Shown: positions 49,273-58,631 of the stretch, piece by piece
How positions within the stretch are numbered: position 1 is the stretch's first letter
Layout of the letters: each line of letters begins with the position of its first letter
Assembly: GCA_965215505.1 (NCBI GenBank)
Contig: OZ244065.1
Span: forward strand, 3,520,001 to 3,584,000
DNA length: 64,000 nt
Direction: 5' to 3'
Origin: Capsulimonadaceae bacterium
GTDB taxonomy: Bacteria > Armatimonadota > Armatimonadia > Armatimonadales > Capsulimonadaceae
Notes under the pieces: model-generated
What the model saw: the letters and a program-made list of their open reading frames with translations, nothing else
Told to the model about the DNA's origin: nothing
The model's database searches: none
Program-made: the position numbers and the translations under genes

Positions 49273-51426
49273 ATGAGTCCGCGACGTGTCCTGCTCTCCG
49301 TCGGGTCCCTCTGCGCCCTGGTGGCCGCCTCCCTCGCCGGGCCGGTCCGCGCCGACCAGGCCCTCTACACCGATTCCCTGCAAAACGGCTGGGTCAACTA
49401 TAGCTGGGCCTCGGTCAGCTTCACCGCGACCAGCCCCGTCCACACCGGGGCCGACTCGATCTCGGTCCAGTCCGGGCCGTACCAGGCCCTCTATCTGCAC
49501 CACGCCGCCCAGGCCGCCGCGCCGTTCACGGCCCTGACCTTCTGGATCAACGGCGGCCCGACGGGGGGCCAGCGCCTCCAGGTGCAGGCCACCCTGAACG
49601 GCAATCCTCAGCCCGCCTACGCCCTGCCCGTGCCCCAGGCGAATACCTGGACGCAGGTCACCGTCCCCCTGTCCGCCCTGGGCGTCGCGGGGCAGACCAC
49701 TTTCGACGGCATTTGGATACAGGATGCCAGCGGCGCGGCGACGGTCCCCGTCTTCTATGTGGACGACATGGCCCTGGTTTCGGCGGTGCAGACCGCGCCC
49801 GGCACGACGATCAAGGTGGACGTCGCGGCGAACCGCCACGCGATCAGCCCGCTGGTCTACGGGGTCGCCTACGGGGACGCCGCAAGCCTGGCCGACCTGA
49901 ACGCGCCTTTGAACCGGCAGGGCGGCAACAACACCACCCGCTACAACTGGCAGCTCAACGCCGACAACCGGGCCAACGACTACTTCTTTGAAAGCATCGG
50001 CGACACGGACCCGACGCCCGGCGGGCGCGGGGACGCTTTCATTTCGGCCTCCAAGTCCGGCGGCGCATCGGCGATGCTCACCATCCCGACCATCGGGTGG
50101 GTCGCGAAGCTCGGCCCGAACCGCGCCAAGCTGCCGTCGTTCTCGGTCGCCAAGTACGGCGCGCAGAAGAGTACCGACCCGTACCTGCCCGACGCCGGCA
50201 ACGGGGTGCTTGCGAGCGGCGCGAACGTCACCGGCAACGACCCGAACGACGCCGACGTGCCCTCGACGCCCGCCTTCCAGGCGGGCTGGATGAGCCACCT
50301 CGTCTCGCAGTGGGGGACGGGGGCGGCGGGCGGCCTCCAGTACTACATCATGGACAACGAGCCGAGCCTCTGGTTCAGCACCCACCGGGACGTCCACCCG
50401 GTCGGGCCGACCATGGACGAGGTCACGAACGACATCCTGGCCTACAGCGCCAAGGTCAAGGCCGCCGACCCGACCGCGAGCGTGGTCGCGCCCGAGGAGT
50501 GGGGCTGGTCCGGCTTCTTCTACAGCGGCTTCGACCAGCAGTACGGGGCCGCCCACAATTACCAGGGGGGCTACCCGGACCGCAATGCCCACGGCGGCAT
50601 GGACTATCTGCCCTGGATGCTCGGCCAGATCTCCAAGAACGACCAGGCCACCGGGAAACGCTCCCTGGACGTCTTCAGCGTCCACTTCTACCCGCAGAGC
50701 GGCGAGTTCAGCGACGCCACCGACACGGCGACGGTCCTGCTGCGGAACCGCTCCACGCGGCAGCTTTGGGATCCGAACTACGTTTCCGAGAGCTGGATCA
50801 ATGACAAGGTCATGCTGATCCCCCGGATCAAAGGCTGGGTGAACTCCTACTACCCCGGCACCAAGACCGCGATCACCGAGTATAACTGGGGCGCGGACGG
50901 CAGCATGAGCGGCGCGACGACCCAGGCGGACATCTACGGCATCTTCGGGCGCGAGGGCCTGGACATGGCGACCCGCTGGACCATGCCGGCCACTAACTCG
51001 CCGACGTACCAGGCGATGAAGCTGTACCGCAACTATGACGGCAAGAAGTCCGGCTTCGGCACCACCAGCGTCTCCGACATCGCCCCCAGCCCCGACACGG
51101 TCTCGTCGTTCGCCGCCATCCGCCCCTCCGACGGCGCTCTGACCGTGACGGTGATCAACAAGGACCCGTCCGCGACCGCCCCGGTGACTGTCTCGGTGGC
51201 GGGCTTCACGCCCGCCGCGACCGCCCAGGCGTGGCAGCTCACCGGCGCGACTGCCGCCATCACCCGCATCGCCGACGTTCCGGTCAAGAGCGCCGCGCTC
51301 TCGGTCAGCCTGCCCCCGCAGAGCGTCACGCTCTTCGTCATCCCGACGACCGGCATCCCCGTCTCGATCATCCCGCCCCCCGTCCGGCGTCCGGCCCCGA
51401 TGCCCCGGCCCGAGGTCGGGCCGTAG
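49273..51426 (+). CDS. GH44 endoglucanase with N-terminal CBM-like domain
   Basis: ISPLVYG, RQGGN.TTRYNW, MDNEP.LW..THRDVHP, AITEYNWG. Confidence 0.9.
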   Translation: MSPRRVLLSVGSLCALVAASLAGPVRADQALYTDSLQNGWVNYSWASVSFTATSPVHTGADSISVQSGPYQALYLHHAAQAAAPFTALTFWINGGPTGGQRLQVQATLNGNPQPAYALPVPQANTWTQVTVPLSALGVAGQTTFDGIWIQDASGAATVPVFYVDDMALVSAVQTAPGTTIKVDVAANRHAISPLVYGVAYGDAASLADLNAPLNRQGGNNTTRYNWQLNADNRANDYFFESIGDTDPTPGGRGDAFISASKSGGASAMLTIPTIGWVAKLGPNRAKLPSFSVAKYGAQKSTDPYLPDAGNGVLASGANVTGNDPNDADVPSTPAFQAGWMSHLVSQWGTGAAGGLQYYIMDNEPSLWFSTHRDVHPVGPTMDEVTNDILAYSAKVKAADPTASVVAPEEWGWSGFFYSGFDQQYGAAHNYQGGYPDRNAHGGMDYLPWMLGQISKNDQATGKRSLDVFSVHFYPQSGEFSDATDTATVLLRNRSTRQLWDPNYVSESWINDKVMLIPRIKGWVNSYYPGTKTAITEYNWGADGSMSGATTQADIYGIFGREGLDMATRWTMPATNSPTYQAMKLYRNYDGKKSGFGTTSVSDIAPSPDTVSSFAAIRPSDGALTVTVINKDPSATAPVTVSVAGFTPAATAQAWQLTGATAAITRIADVPVKSAALSVSLPPQSVTLFVIPTTGIPVSIIPPPVRRPAPMPRPEVGP

Positions 51427-51431
51427 GCCAT

Positions 51432-51526
51432 GGAGCCGGACGCGCGGAGCCGGGCGCGCGGAGCCGGACGCGCGGAGCCGGGCGCGCGGAGCCGGACGCG
51501 CGGAGCCGGACGCGCGGAGCCGGACG
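51432..51526. repeat. 14-bp tandem repeat running into a MITE end
   Basis: ggagccgg(a/g)cgcgc units. Confidence 0.9.
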
Positions 51527-51671
51527 AGTGATTGAAATCACTCGCTGATTCGGATTTGTCCAGGGGACAAGCGGATAGGATAAGGCCCGACGCCCGCCCC
51601 GCCCCGTCCTGTCTGCAATCTTCTGTCCCCTGGACAGGTCCGACCGGAGCGAGTGATTTCAATCACTCGTC
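51523..51671. mobile_element. MITE-like family A, copy 4
   Basis: Same TIRs. Confidence 0.8.
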
Positions 51672-51707
51672 CCCATCCTCGCTCGCCGTCCGTGGCGGCT
51701 CTCAGTC

Positions 51708-51980
51708 TCAGAGCAGCCACGGCGGGTGATGCGTCACCAAAGCCCACGCCTGCCACGCGAAGACCGCGCCCCAGAACAGCGTCACCCAGGGCGGCTTGGC
51801 CCAGCAGTGCCACTCCCGGACGCCCCGGAGCGCGGCCAGGACGTAGAACAGGGTCGCGAGGCCCGACAAGGCCAGCAGGGCGTAGCGCTGGAAGAGCAGC
51901 ACGAGGAAGGCCGCCTTGCAGAAGGTGAACGCCCAGCCCTCGTACCGCCGACCCTGCCGCTGACGGTCGTATTCGCTCAT
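51708..51980 (-). CDS. Small membrane protein
   Basis: Three hydrophobic segments. ATGA overlap with the GNAT gene. Confidence 0.65.
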   Translation of the reverse strand: MSEYDRQRQGRRYEGWAFTFCKAAFLVLLFQRYALLALSGLATLFYVLAALRGVREWHCWAKPPWVTLFWGAVFAWQAWALVTHHPPWLL

Positions 51981-52564
51981 CCCGCCCCCACCTGTTTCTC
52001 GGCCCCGTCGCGCCCCTCGGCCCCCTCATGCCTCTTGATTCCTTGCAGCAGCGGCGGGCACTTGCGGATCGCCCCGCCCTTGCGGATGCTCTCTGCAAAG
52101 CGGTGCCGGCTCGCCATGTAGCACTGCATGTACCAGTGGACGGCGAAGGGCGCGCGCCATAGTTTTCCGTCCACGGCCATGCCCAACTCGCGCATCCACC
52201 CGACCACCTGCGGGTTCCGGCTGAGGACGTAGACGTGCCGCCCGCGCCCCTGGGCGCGCTCCCAGGCCGCCCGGAACAGGTCCGCGCCCAGACCCCGGCC
52301 CCGGAACTCGGGCAGGACATATAGGGCCGCGATCTCCGTCCACCCGGCGGCGAGGTCCACGCTGAAGCAGACGCCCGCGAACCCGTCTCCGTCCCCCTCG
52401 GTCGCCTGTCCGGCGGCCTGTCCGGCGGCCTGTTCGGCGACCTGAACGTCGGTCAGCCGCTCCAGCTCGCGAACGGTGTAGCCGAGGATGTTGGGCGTCG
52501 TCTTCAGCTCCTGGTGCAGCCGGACGGCCTCGGCGCGGGTCAGCGGGCGGTGGGTGATTTGCAT
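51977..52564 (-). CDS. GNAT acetyltransferase
   Basis: EIAALYVLPEFRGRGLG motif A. Confidence 0.85.
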   Translation of the reverse strand: MQITHRPLTRAEAVRLHQELKTTPNILGYTVRELERLTDVQVAEQAAGQAAGQATEGDGDGFAGVCFSVDLAAGWTEIAALYVLPEFRGRGLGADLFRAAWERAQGRGRHVYVLSRNPQVVGWMRELGMAVDGKLWRAPFAVHWYMQCYMASRHRFAESIRKGGAIRKCPPLLQGIKRHEGAEGRDGAEKQVGAG

Positions 52565-52653
52565 GGGTTCTCCTGGTTCGGTCCCGGCGCGACGAACCCG
52601 GCCCGCGACCACGAAGGAGGGCAGGGGGACCCTGCCCCTACGGGTTTATCGGT

Positions 52654-52741
52654 CTGCCGCGCCCTCGTCTCCTGCCGCGCCCTCGTCTCCTGCCGCGCCC
52701 TCGTCTCCTGCCGCGCCCTCGTCTCCTGCCGCGCCCTCGTC
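52654..52741. repeat. 18-bp tandem repeat, about 5 copies
   Basis: ctgccgcgccctcgtctc units beside the GTAG REP at 52619. Confidence 0.9.
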
Positions 52742-52746
52742 TGCCC

Positions 52747-54165
52747 TCACCCCAGCATCCGCAGCGGCACGACCGCCGCGCGGCCTTTGTCCCCGCTCCG
52801 GCGGCCCCGGCGGAAGACGTTGAACTCGCAGAACGACACGGCCGTCCCGTCCTCGGTCAGAATCTTGGTGCAGCACTGCTCGATGCGCTTCTTGTCGTAG
52901 GTGTGCGCGTCCATGAAGGGCTTGACGACGACGCGGAAGACGCGCCGGCCGAAGGCGTCGGGGTCGCGCATCAGCGGCAGGACGTCCCGCAGGCCGCCGC
53001 GCGCGAACAGGACGCCCAGGTCGCGCAGAGTCTGCCGGCCCCGCAGGTGCGCGACGTCCGACCAGACCCGCCGGGCCGCCCCGCCGACAAGCCCCGAGAA
53101 GCTGATGCGGTCCGTGAACAAATCTAGGTAGCGCGACACGTCCAGGTGCCGGGGCAGCGGCGTGATCGTCTCGCGCTTCGCGTCCAGGAAGCCATAGGTC
53201 AGGACGCAGCAGTCCGGGTGCGAGCAGGGCAGGCCCACGAAGTCCGAGCGCACCAGGGCGCCGCCGGTCTGCCGTTCCAGCGCGTACAGCACGTCCGTCA
53301 GGGTCAGCCGGTCCGCAGCCGCGTACTCGTGCTGGTAGCGGCCCGTGTCCATGACCGGCTGGAAGGTCAGCCCGGTGACCGTCCCCAGCGACAGCGCGAA
53401 GCGGTACAGGTCGCCGATCTCGTCGTCGTTCACCCCGCGCTCCACGGTGGGGACGAGGGTCGTGAACAGGCCCGCCGCCTGCGCTTTCTCCAGGGCGTCC
53501 GTCTTCTCCTGCCGCAGGTCGCGCCCGTAGAAGTGTTCGTGGCCGGACGCGCGGAAGCTCGAAAACGAGAAGTACAGCTCGACGCGCTCCTTGTGGGCCG
53601 CCAGCGTCTCCACCAGGGCCGCGCTCTGGCCGAGCCGCAGGCCGTTTGTGTTTATGACGACGCGGTCCACGGGGTAGGAGAGGGCCAGGTCTAAAATCTC
53701 GGCGAAGCGGGGGTGGATGGTCGGCTCGCCGCCGGACAGCATCAGGATGTCCAGCCGGGGCTGCTTGCGGAAGAACACGTCCAGCCGCCGCCGGGCCTCG
53801 TCCGCCGTCATGAAGTCGTGCCCCTGGGCGTCGGCGTAGCAGGTCGGGCAACGCAGGTTGCAGGCCTGCGTGATCTCCAGCAGCAGGGCGCAGACCGGCG
53901 GGCCGACCGCGCCGCCGGGGGTGCCGTCCGGCCCGCACGTCTCGCCCGGCCCGCAGCAGCAGTTCGCGCCGCTCCGGTCGGGGACGTACTGCCGGAGGCG
54001 CAGGTACTCGCCCGCGTCCGAGGCCAGCAGGGCGCGGCTTGCGCCGTGGCGCGGGCACTGCTGCCGTATCCAGATGCGCCCGGCCTCTTCAAGCAGCGTC
54101 GCAGGCACGTCCCGCAGGCAGGTCGGGCACAGGCCGCGCGTTTCTTCCGACCACGAGGTTGTCAT
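52747..54165 (-). CDS. Radical SAM enzyme, MJ0619/Tes (GDGT-MAS)-like family
   Basis: N-terminal CPTC...CPRHG, CNLRCPTC, SGGEPT.HP, PCSHPDC, FMD...D..R...CC, FC.FN. Confidence 0.8.
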   Translation of the reverse strand: MTTSWSEETRGLCPTCLRDVPATLLEEAGRIWIRQQCPRHGASRALLASDAGEYLRLRQYVPDRSGANCCCGPGETCGPDGTPGGAVGPPVCALLLEITQACNLRCPTCYADAQGHDFMTADEARRRLDVFFRKQPRLDILMLSGGEPTIHPRFAEILDLALSYPVDRVVINTNGLRLGQSAALVETLAAHKERVELYFSFSSFRASGHEHFYGRDLRQEKTDALEKAQAAGLFTTLVPTVERGVNDDEIGDLYRFALSLGTVTGLTFQPVMDTGRYQHEYAAADRLTLTDVLYALERQTGGALVRSDFVGLPCSHPDCCVLTYGFLDAKRETITPLPRHLDVSRYLDLFTDRISFSGLVGGAARRVWSDVAHLRGRQTLRDLGVLFARGGLRDVLPLMRDPDAFGRRVFRVVVKPFMDAHTYDKKRIEQCCTKILTEDGTAVSFCEFNVFRRGRRSGDKGRAAVVPLRMLG

Positions 54166-54710
54166 GGGGCGGCCTCTTCGATACTTCCCTTTTGTTCCTT
54201 CAGTCGGTTATCGAGTTGATTCTGAACGGCGAGGCTGATCCGTTTTGCTTCCAAAGGATCATTCTTCACGCTCTGCATTCCTTGAGAGTAGCGTTTTCGC
54301 AGATCGACATGCTCCTGGGTGAACGCAGCTACTGGAAAGTTTTTGTCAATTTTCATCCGGTCTCTCAGTGTCTCTATATCAGTACGCAAGCCCGTAAAAA
54401 ACCGTTTGTTCTCCTCGTAGCCTTTGAGACGCTCGGGGATTCCCAAGACGGTGTTCACGATAGATAAAACGGCGGCAAGTCCTGCCAATGTCAGCCAGAC
54501 TGGTTTTGCATAGGGCTGCGTCCAGAATGCCCACCCCGATATGGCTGAACCCGAGGCCGTGAGCGTCACCAGCGCTTTGGTCCAGGCGTCGGACCTTTGG
54601 TAGAAAATAATATACCAATCGATAAGCATTTCCTGGTAATAAGCCTCGTAATAGGTGTTCCAGACCGCGTTCCAAAGTTGCAGGCGGTCGCGTGAGTACG
54701 GGTTTGACAT
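54162..54710 (-). CDS. Two-TM SLATT-like protein, low GC
   Basis: Helix-TM-TM-helix layout, visibly AT-richer than its neighbours. Confidence 0.5.
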   Translation of the reverse strand: MSNPYSRDRLQLWNAVWNTYYEAYYQEMLIDWYIIFYQRSDAWTKALVTLTASGSAISGWAFWTQPYAKPVWLTLAGLAAVLSIVNTVLGIPERLKGYEENKRFFTGLRTDIETLRDRMKIDKNFPVAAFTQEHVDLRKRYSQGMQSVKNDPLEAKRISLAVQNQLDNRLKEQKGSIEEAAP

Positions 54711-55043
54711 TAGCGTCTCCGAGTGCTACAATATGGCTGTTAAAAAGGAGGAAGGGATAACGTGAAAAGGCCTTTTGTAGTTTCTCCTGCATTCCTGTTC
54801 ATGGCAGGCGGTATCGTACTTTGCTCATTTGGCGGTGCCTTTGCTTCCTCTTCGGGTCATCATTTTACGCCCCCCCGTTCTGCCGGCACAGGCCCGCCAA
54901 AGGGTAAACCGCCGCCCCCGCCGCCGCCGCGAATTCTCCGCTCCTATCACGGGGCGAAGAGGCACTACACGCGACATCTTTCGAACCCGCGAGGACGAGC
55001 AGCCAGAGCACCGCACTCCCCGGTGACGCCGTGAACAGGTAGG

Positions 55044-55445
55044 TCATAAGCCGCCGCTTCCGCTGAGGCTGTACAGACAAAAAGCAAACGCGCCTAGCAG
55101 CAGGGCCAGACCCGCCAGAATCCCATAGCCGATGCCGCGCGCAAAAACCGGGTAATTTCGTTTCAGCGTGAAGTACAGGACCGGCATCAGGAGGAACCCC
55201 GCCCCGGCGAGGAAGTTGGACAGGAAACTGAGGCCGATCCCCAGCGTCAGGTCCCCCCAAGCCCTTCCCGTGATCAGCCTGGGGACGGGCGGGGCCGGCG
55301 CGACCCGCCCGGCGGGCGGCGGGGACCAGGCGGGGCGGACAAAGCCGCAGTTCGGGCAGACGCCCGCGCCGGGCGGCCAGGGCGTCCCGCAGTTAGGGCA
55401 CGGCGTTATCTGTGGCGGCGTTATCTGTGGCGGTTCATCGGGCAT
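55044..55445 (-). CDS. Zinc-ribbon membrane protein, paralogue 2
   Basis: CPNCG..WPP...CPNCG and TM helices, with a Cys after the last helix. Confidence 0.7.
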   Translation of the reverse strand: MPDEPPQITPPQITPCPNCGTPWPPGAGVCPNCGFVRPAWSPPPAGRVAPAPPVPRLITGRAWGDLTLGIGLSFLSNFLAGAGFLLMPVLYFTLKRNYPVFARGIGYGILAGLALLLGAFAFCLYSLSGSGGL

Positions 55446-55450
55446 GGGCG

Positions 55451-55933
55451 TCACTGGTGGCCGTTCGTGCTGCACAGGGACAGGATGCCGAGCGCCAGCG
55501 CCGCCAGCACGGCGATCACCGCGAACGGCAGCAGGATACAGCCGGTCAGGACCCCCCAGCCCAGCCCGCGCGCGACGGTGGGGTAGCGGGGCCGCAGAAC
55601 GAGGTACAAAATGGGCGGCGCGAGCAGGCCCAGCCCCCAGCCCACGTTTCCACGGAAGAGTGACCCGTGGCCGGTCATCAGCGAAAGCGACGCGAGGCTG
55701 ATCACGAGGCTGATCGAAAGCCCCAGCGTCACGTCGCCCCCGACAGCCCCCGTCACCAGTGGCCCCGCCGCCAGCGGCCCCGCCGCCGGCTTGCCGACGT
55801 ATCGCGGGGCGACGAAGCCGGCGGGGGGCGGCGGCCAGACGGGGCGGACGCAGCCGCAGTTGGGGCAGACGGCGGCTGCGCCCGGCGGCCAGGGCGTCCC
55901 GCAGTTCGGGCAGAGGGGGGGCGGGACGGACAT
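55451..55933 (-). CDS. Zinc-ribbon membrane protein, paralogue 1
   Basis: Same architecture as 55044-55445. Confidence 0.7.
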   Translation of the reverse strand: MSVPPPLCPNCGTPWPPGAAAVCPNCGCVRPVWPPPPAGFVAPRYVGKPAAGPLAAGPLVTGAVGGDVTLGLSISLVISLASLSLMTGHGSLFRGNVGWGLGLLAPPILYLVLRPRYPTVARGLGWGVLTGCILLPFAVIAVLAALALGILSLCSTNGHQ

Positions 55934-55954
55934 GGATCACCTCGCAGACCTGGA

Positions 55955-56662
55955 TCACCTCGCGGGGACCGCTCCGGTCCCCGCCTCGTTCGGGCCGGCG
56001 AGCCGGGTCGGGCGCAGCAGGCGCAGGAGCCGGACGCCGAAGAATGCCAGCCCCGCAAGGCACGCCCACTGCGCCCCGGTCAGCCCCCAGACGGGCGGGG
56101 GGCCTTCGCGGAAGAACTCGACGAGGAACCGGGCCAGGCAGTAGAGTACCCCTTGCAGATACCACAGGCCGTTCTCGGGCGGGCGCGTCTTGTCGAACCG
56201 CCACAGGGCGACCAGGATCAGGGCGCTGGCCGCCGACAGATAGAGCTGCGCCGGGTGCCGCCACGCGCCGTGCTGGTTGACGGCCCACGGCAGGGCGCAG
56301 GCCTTGCCGTAGCAGCAGCCGCCGAAGAAGCACCCCCAGCGGCCCACCGCCTCGCCCGCGCTGACGGCGACCGCGAACAGGTCCCCGGTCGGACGCCGCA
56401 GGCCCAGCCAGCGTTTGAAGAGGAGGACGGACAGGTAGCCGCCCGCGATGCCGCCCAGGACCGTCTTGCCCGCCTCGCCGCCCCCGAACAGGTGGGCGTA
56501 GGCCCACTGCGTCAGGTTCGCCCCGACCAGCCCGCCCAGAAGCCCCGCGCCCATGACCGCCATGACCCCGGCCGTCGCCAGGTGCCGCCGGTGCGCCATC
56601 CAGGCGAACGCGGCCACCCCGGTCAGATACCCCAGCGCATAGCACCCCGCCGAAAGCGTCAT
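55955..56662 (-). CDS. Prolipoprotein diacylglyceryl transferase (Lgt) paralogue
   Basis: GKTVLGGIAGG, GRWGCFFGGCCYG, RHPAQLY, RFLVEFFR. Confidence 0.85.
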   Translation of the reverse strand: MTLSAGCYALGYLTGVAAFAWMAHRRHLATAGVMAVMGAGLLGGLVGANLTQWAYAHLFGGGEAGKTVLGGIAGGYLSVLLFKRWLGLRRPTGDLFAVAVSAGEAVGRWGCFFGGCCYGKACALPWAVNQHGAWRHPAQLYLSAASALILVALWRFDKTRPPENGLWYLQGVLYCLARFLVEFFREGPPPVWGLTGAQWACLAGLAFFGVRLLRLLRPTRLAGPNEAGTGAVPAR

Positions 56663-56928
56663 GGCCCCGCCCCCCTCTGCACACACGAGTCCCGCGCACA
56701 CGAGATACCGGCATTATACGCCGATTCGCGCGGGGAAGCAAGGAGGCCCGGCGTCGGCCCCGATCCAGGGCCATCGCACCCGCCGGGCAACCACAGGGGG
56801 TTGCCCCTACCGACCACGAAAACGTAGGGGCAGGCCCCCGTGCCTGCCCTCTCTTCCCCGTGCTGCCCTCCCTTCCCCGTGCCTGCTCTCCCTCCCCCGT
56901 GCTCGCCCCTTGCCCTAGCGGACTGCTG

Positions 56929-56957
56929 TAGACAAAAAAGGGGCGATGGTGTATACT
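56929..56957 (+). promoter_or_regulatory. sigma70 promoter of the TA operon
   Basis: TAGACA-17 bp-TATACT. Confidence 0.7.
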
Positions 56958-56997
56958 AGCGAGTAACACAACAAGGTAGACACGGGGGGAGAGCGAC

Positions 56998-57324
56998 TTG
57001 GCAGCAACAACGGGACGAACCACGAAGCAGTCCGCGACGGTCCGCATCAGCGCGCAGTCGCACCTCCGGCTGCGGGAGCTGGCCGCGCAGGACGGCGAGC
57101 CGATGCAGGCGGTCCTGGATAAAGCCCTGGAACAGTACCAGCGGCAGAAGTTCCTGGCCGACTGCGATGCGGCCTACGCCGCGCTTCAGCGGGACCCGGA
57201 AGCCTGGGCGGGCTATCAGGCAGAACTGGCGGCCTGGGAAGTGACCTCGATGGACGGGCTGGAACCCGAGGAAAACGGGAACGAAAGGGGCAGCGTTGCC
57301 GATGCGGGTGGTGCCTGTGGTTAG
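56998..57324 (+). CDS. Antitoxin (RHH-like)
   Basis: ATVRIS...LRELA...MQAVLDKALE, upstream of a MazF-like gene. Confidence 0.75.
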   Translation: MAATTGRTTKQSATVRISAQSHLRLRELAAQDGEPMQAVLDKALEQYQRQKFLADCDAAYAALQRDPEAWAGYQAELAAWEVTSMDGLEPEENGNERGSVADAGGACG

Positions 57325-57658
57325 TCCGATCTATGGCGACATCTGGTTCGGGGATCTTGACCCCACGGTAGGGCGCAAGCAGGCCGGGGAGCGGCCCGTC
57401 CTGATACTCTCCGTTGACTCCTTCAACCGAAGCCCCGCCGGCCTCGTCGTCATCCTGCCCATCACCACGCGGCTCCGGGGCATCCCCTGGCACGTCCTGG
57501 TGTCGCCGCCGGAAGGGGGCCTGACGCGCCCGAGCGCCATCCTCTGCGAGGCGGTGCGGTCCGTCAGCCAGCAGCGCTTACTGCACCGGATGGGGGTCGC
57601 CGCCCCGGCGACCCTCGAAGCCGTCCGGGACCGGCTACGCATCCTGATGAACCTCTGA
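57317..57658 (+). CDS. mazF: MazF/PemK-family toxin (start uncertain)
   Basis: GDIW..DLDPTVG.KQAG.RPVLILS.D.FN, VILPITT. Confidence 0.88.
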   Translation: MVSPIYGDIWFGDLDPTVGRKQAGERPVLILSVDSFNRSPAGLVVILPITTRLRGIPWHVLVSPPEGGLTRPSAILCEAVRSVSQQRLLHRMGVAAPATLEAVRDRLRILMNL

Positions 57659-57675
57659 CCCGACGATCAGCCGAA

Positions 57676-58413
57676 ATGCCCGACTTCTTTGCGACCCTGC
57701 TCCGCCTTCTCGGCAGGGAGCCTGCCCCCGCAGAATGCGCGCCCGCACCGCCGGCCCCCGTCAGCGGCGCGCTCGCCGTGGAAGCCGGCCCGACCGACGG
57801 GCCGCTGCGGGACGCGCTCGCCGCCATTGATGCGGTCCACCGGGACGGGCGGCTGCCGACCATCCCGATGCGGCGCGTCGTCCTGAGCCGCCGGCTGCAC
57901 GGGCACTTCCGGCACGTCGCCGGCGGCCCGGCCCTCGACATCGGCGTCCACCCCGCCGCCCGCCACGCCGCCCTGACGGCGGTGCATGAGGTCGGGCACT
58001 TCCTGGACTACGCGGGGCTTGGGGCGGGCGGCGAGTTCTGCTCGGTTTCGGGCGACGCGCTCGGCGCGTGGCGCGCGGCCGTCCGGGGCAGCGGCGCGGT
58101 GCAAAGGCTGGGGCAGCTCTTACGGTTCACGGCGGACCGGCCGCCGGAGACGCGGGCGGGCGGGGATGTGGTGAGATACCCGGCGGAACACAGGTACATC
58201 GAGTACCTGCTCCAGAACGAGGAGCTGTGGGCGCGCTCCTACGCCCAGTTCATCGCCGCCCGGAGCGCCCACCCCCTGCTCGGGGAGCAGCTCGACCGCC
58301 TGCGCGTCCGGCCCGCGCGCCGCCTCTATTACGGGTCGCAGTGGGACGACGTGGACTTCCGGCCGATCCAGGCGGAGATCGAGGCCCTGTTCCGGGGGCA
58401 GGGGTGGCTGTGA
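57676..58413 (+). CDS. Zincin-like HExxH protein
   Basis: VHEVGHFLD and YLL..EELWARSYAQFIA. Confidence 0.65.
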   Translation: MPDFFATLLRLLGREPAPAECAPAPPAPVSGALAVEAGPTDGPLRDALAAIDAVHRDGRLPTIPMRRVVLSRRLHGHFRHVAGGPALDIGVHPAARHAALTAVHEVGHFLDYAGLGAGGEFCSVSGDALGAWRAAVRGSGAVQRLGQLLRFTADRPPETRAGGDVVRYPAEHRYIEYLLQNEELWARSYAQFIAARSAHPLLGEQLDRLRVRPARRLYYGSQWDDVDFRPIQAEIEALFRGQGWL

Positions 58414-58424
58414 AGACGAGTGAA

Positions 58425-58576
58425 GACGAGTGATTGAAATCACTCGCTGACCTTGGACCTGTCCAGGGGACAGAAGAAGGACAGGATGAAGGACAGGATG
58501 AAGGATAGGATGGCACCCTCGGTTCCCTTGTCCCCTGGACAAATCCTACCGAAGCGAGTGATTTCAATCACTCGTC
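58425..58576. mobile_element. MITE-like family A, copy 5
   Basis: Same TIRs, with a 10-nt duplication at the left junction. Confidence 0.8.
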
Positions 58577-58631
58577 ATTTCTCGTCCGGCCGGCCCTCAT
58601 CCCGGCCGGCATAGATCGGCGCGTAACACCT

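Noticed and set aside
19868-52741. Tandem arrays as CRISPR
   Set aside because: Units are contiguous 13-19 bp repeats with no unique spacers, and no cas genes are present.
54762-55047. Small ORFs between the SLATT-like and zinc-ribbon genes
   Set aside because: No frame gives a convincing protein. Possibly a degraded gene.
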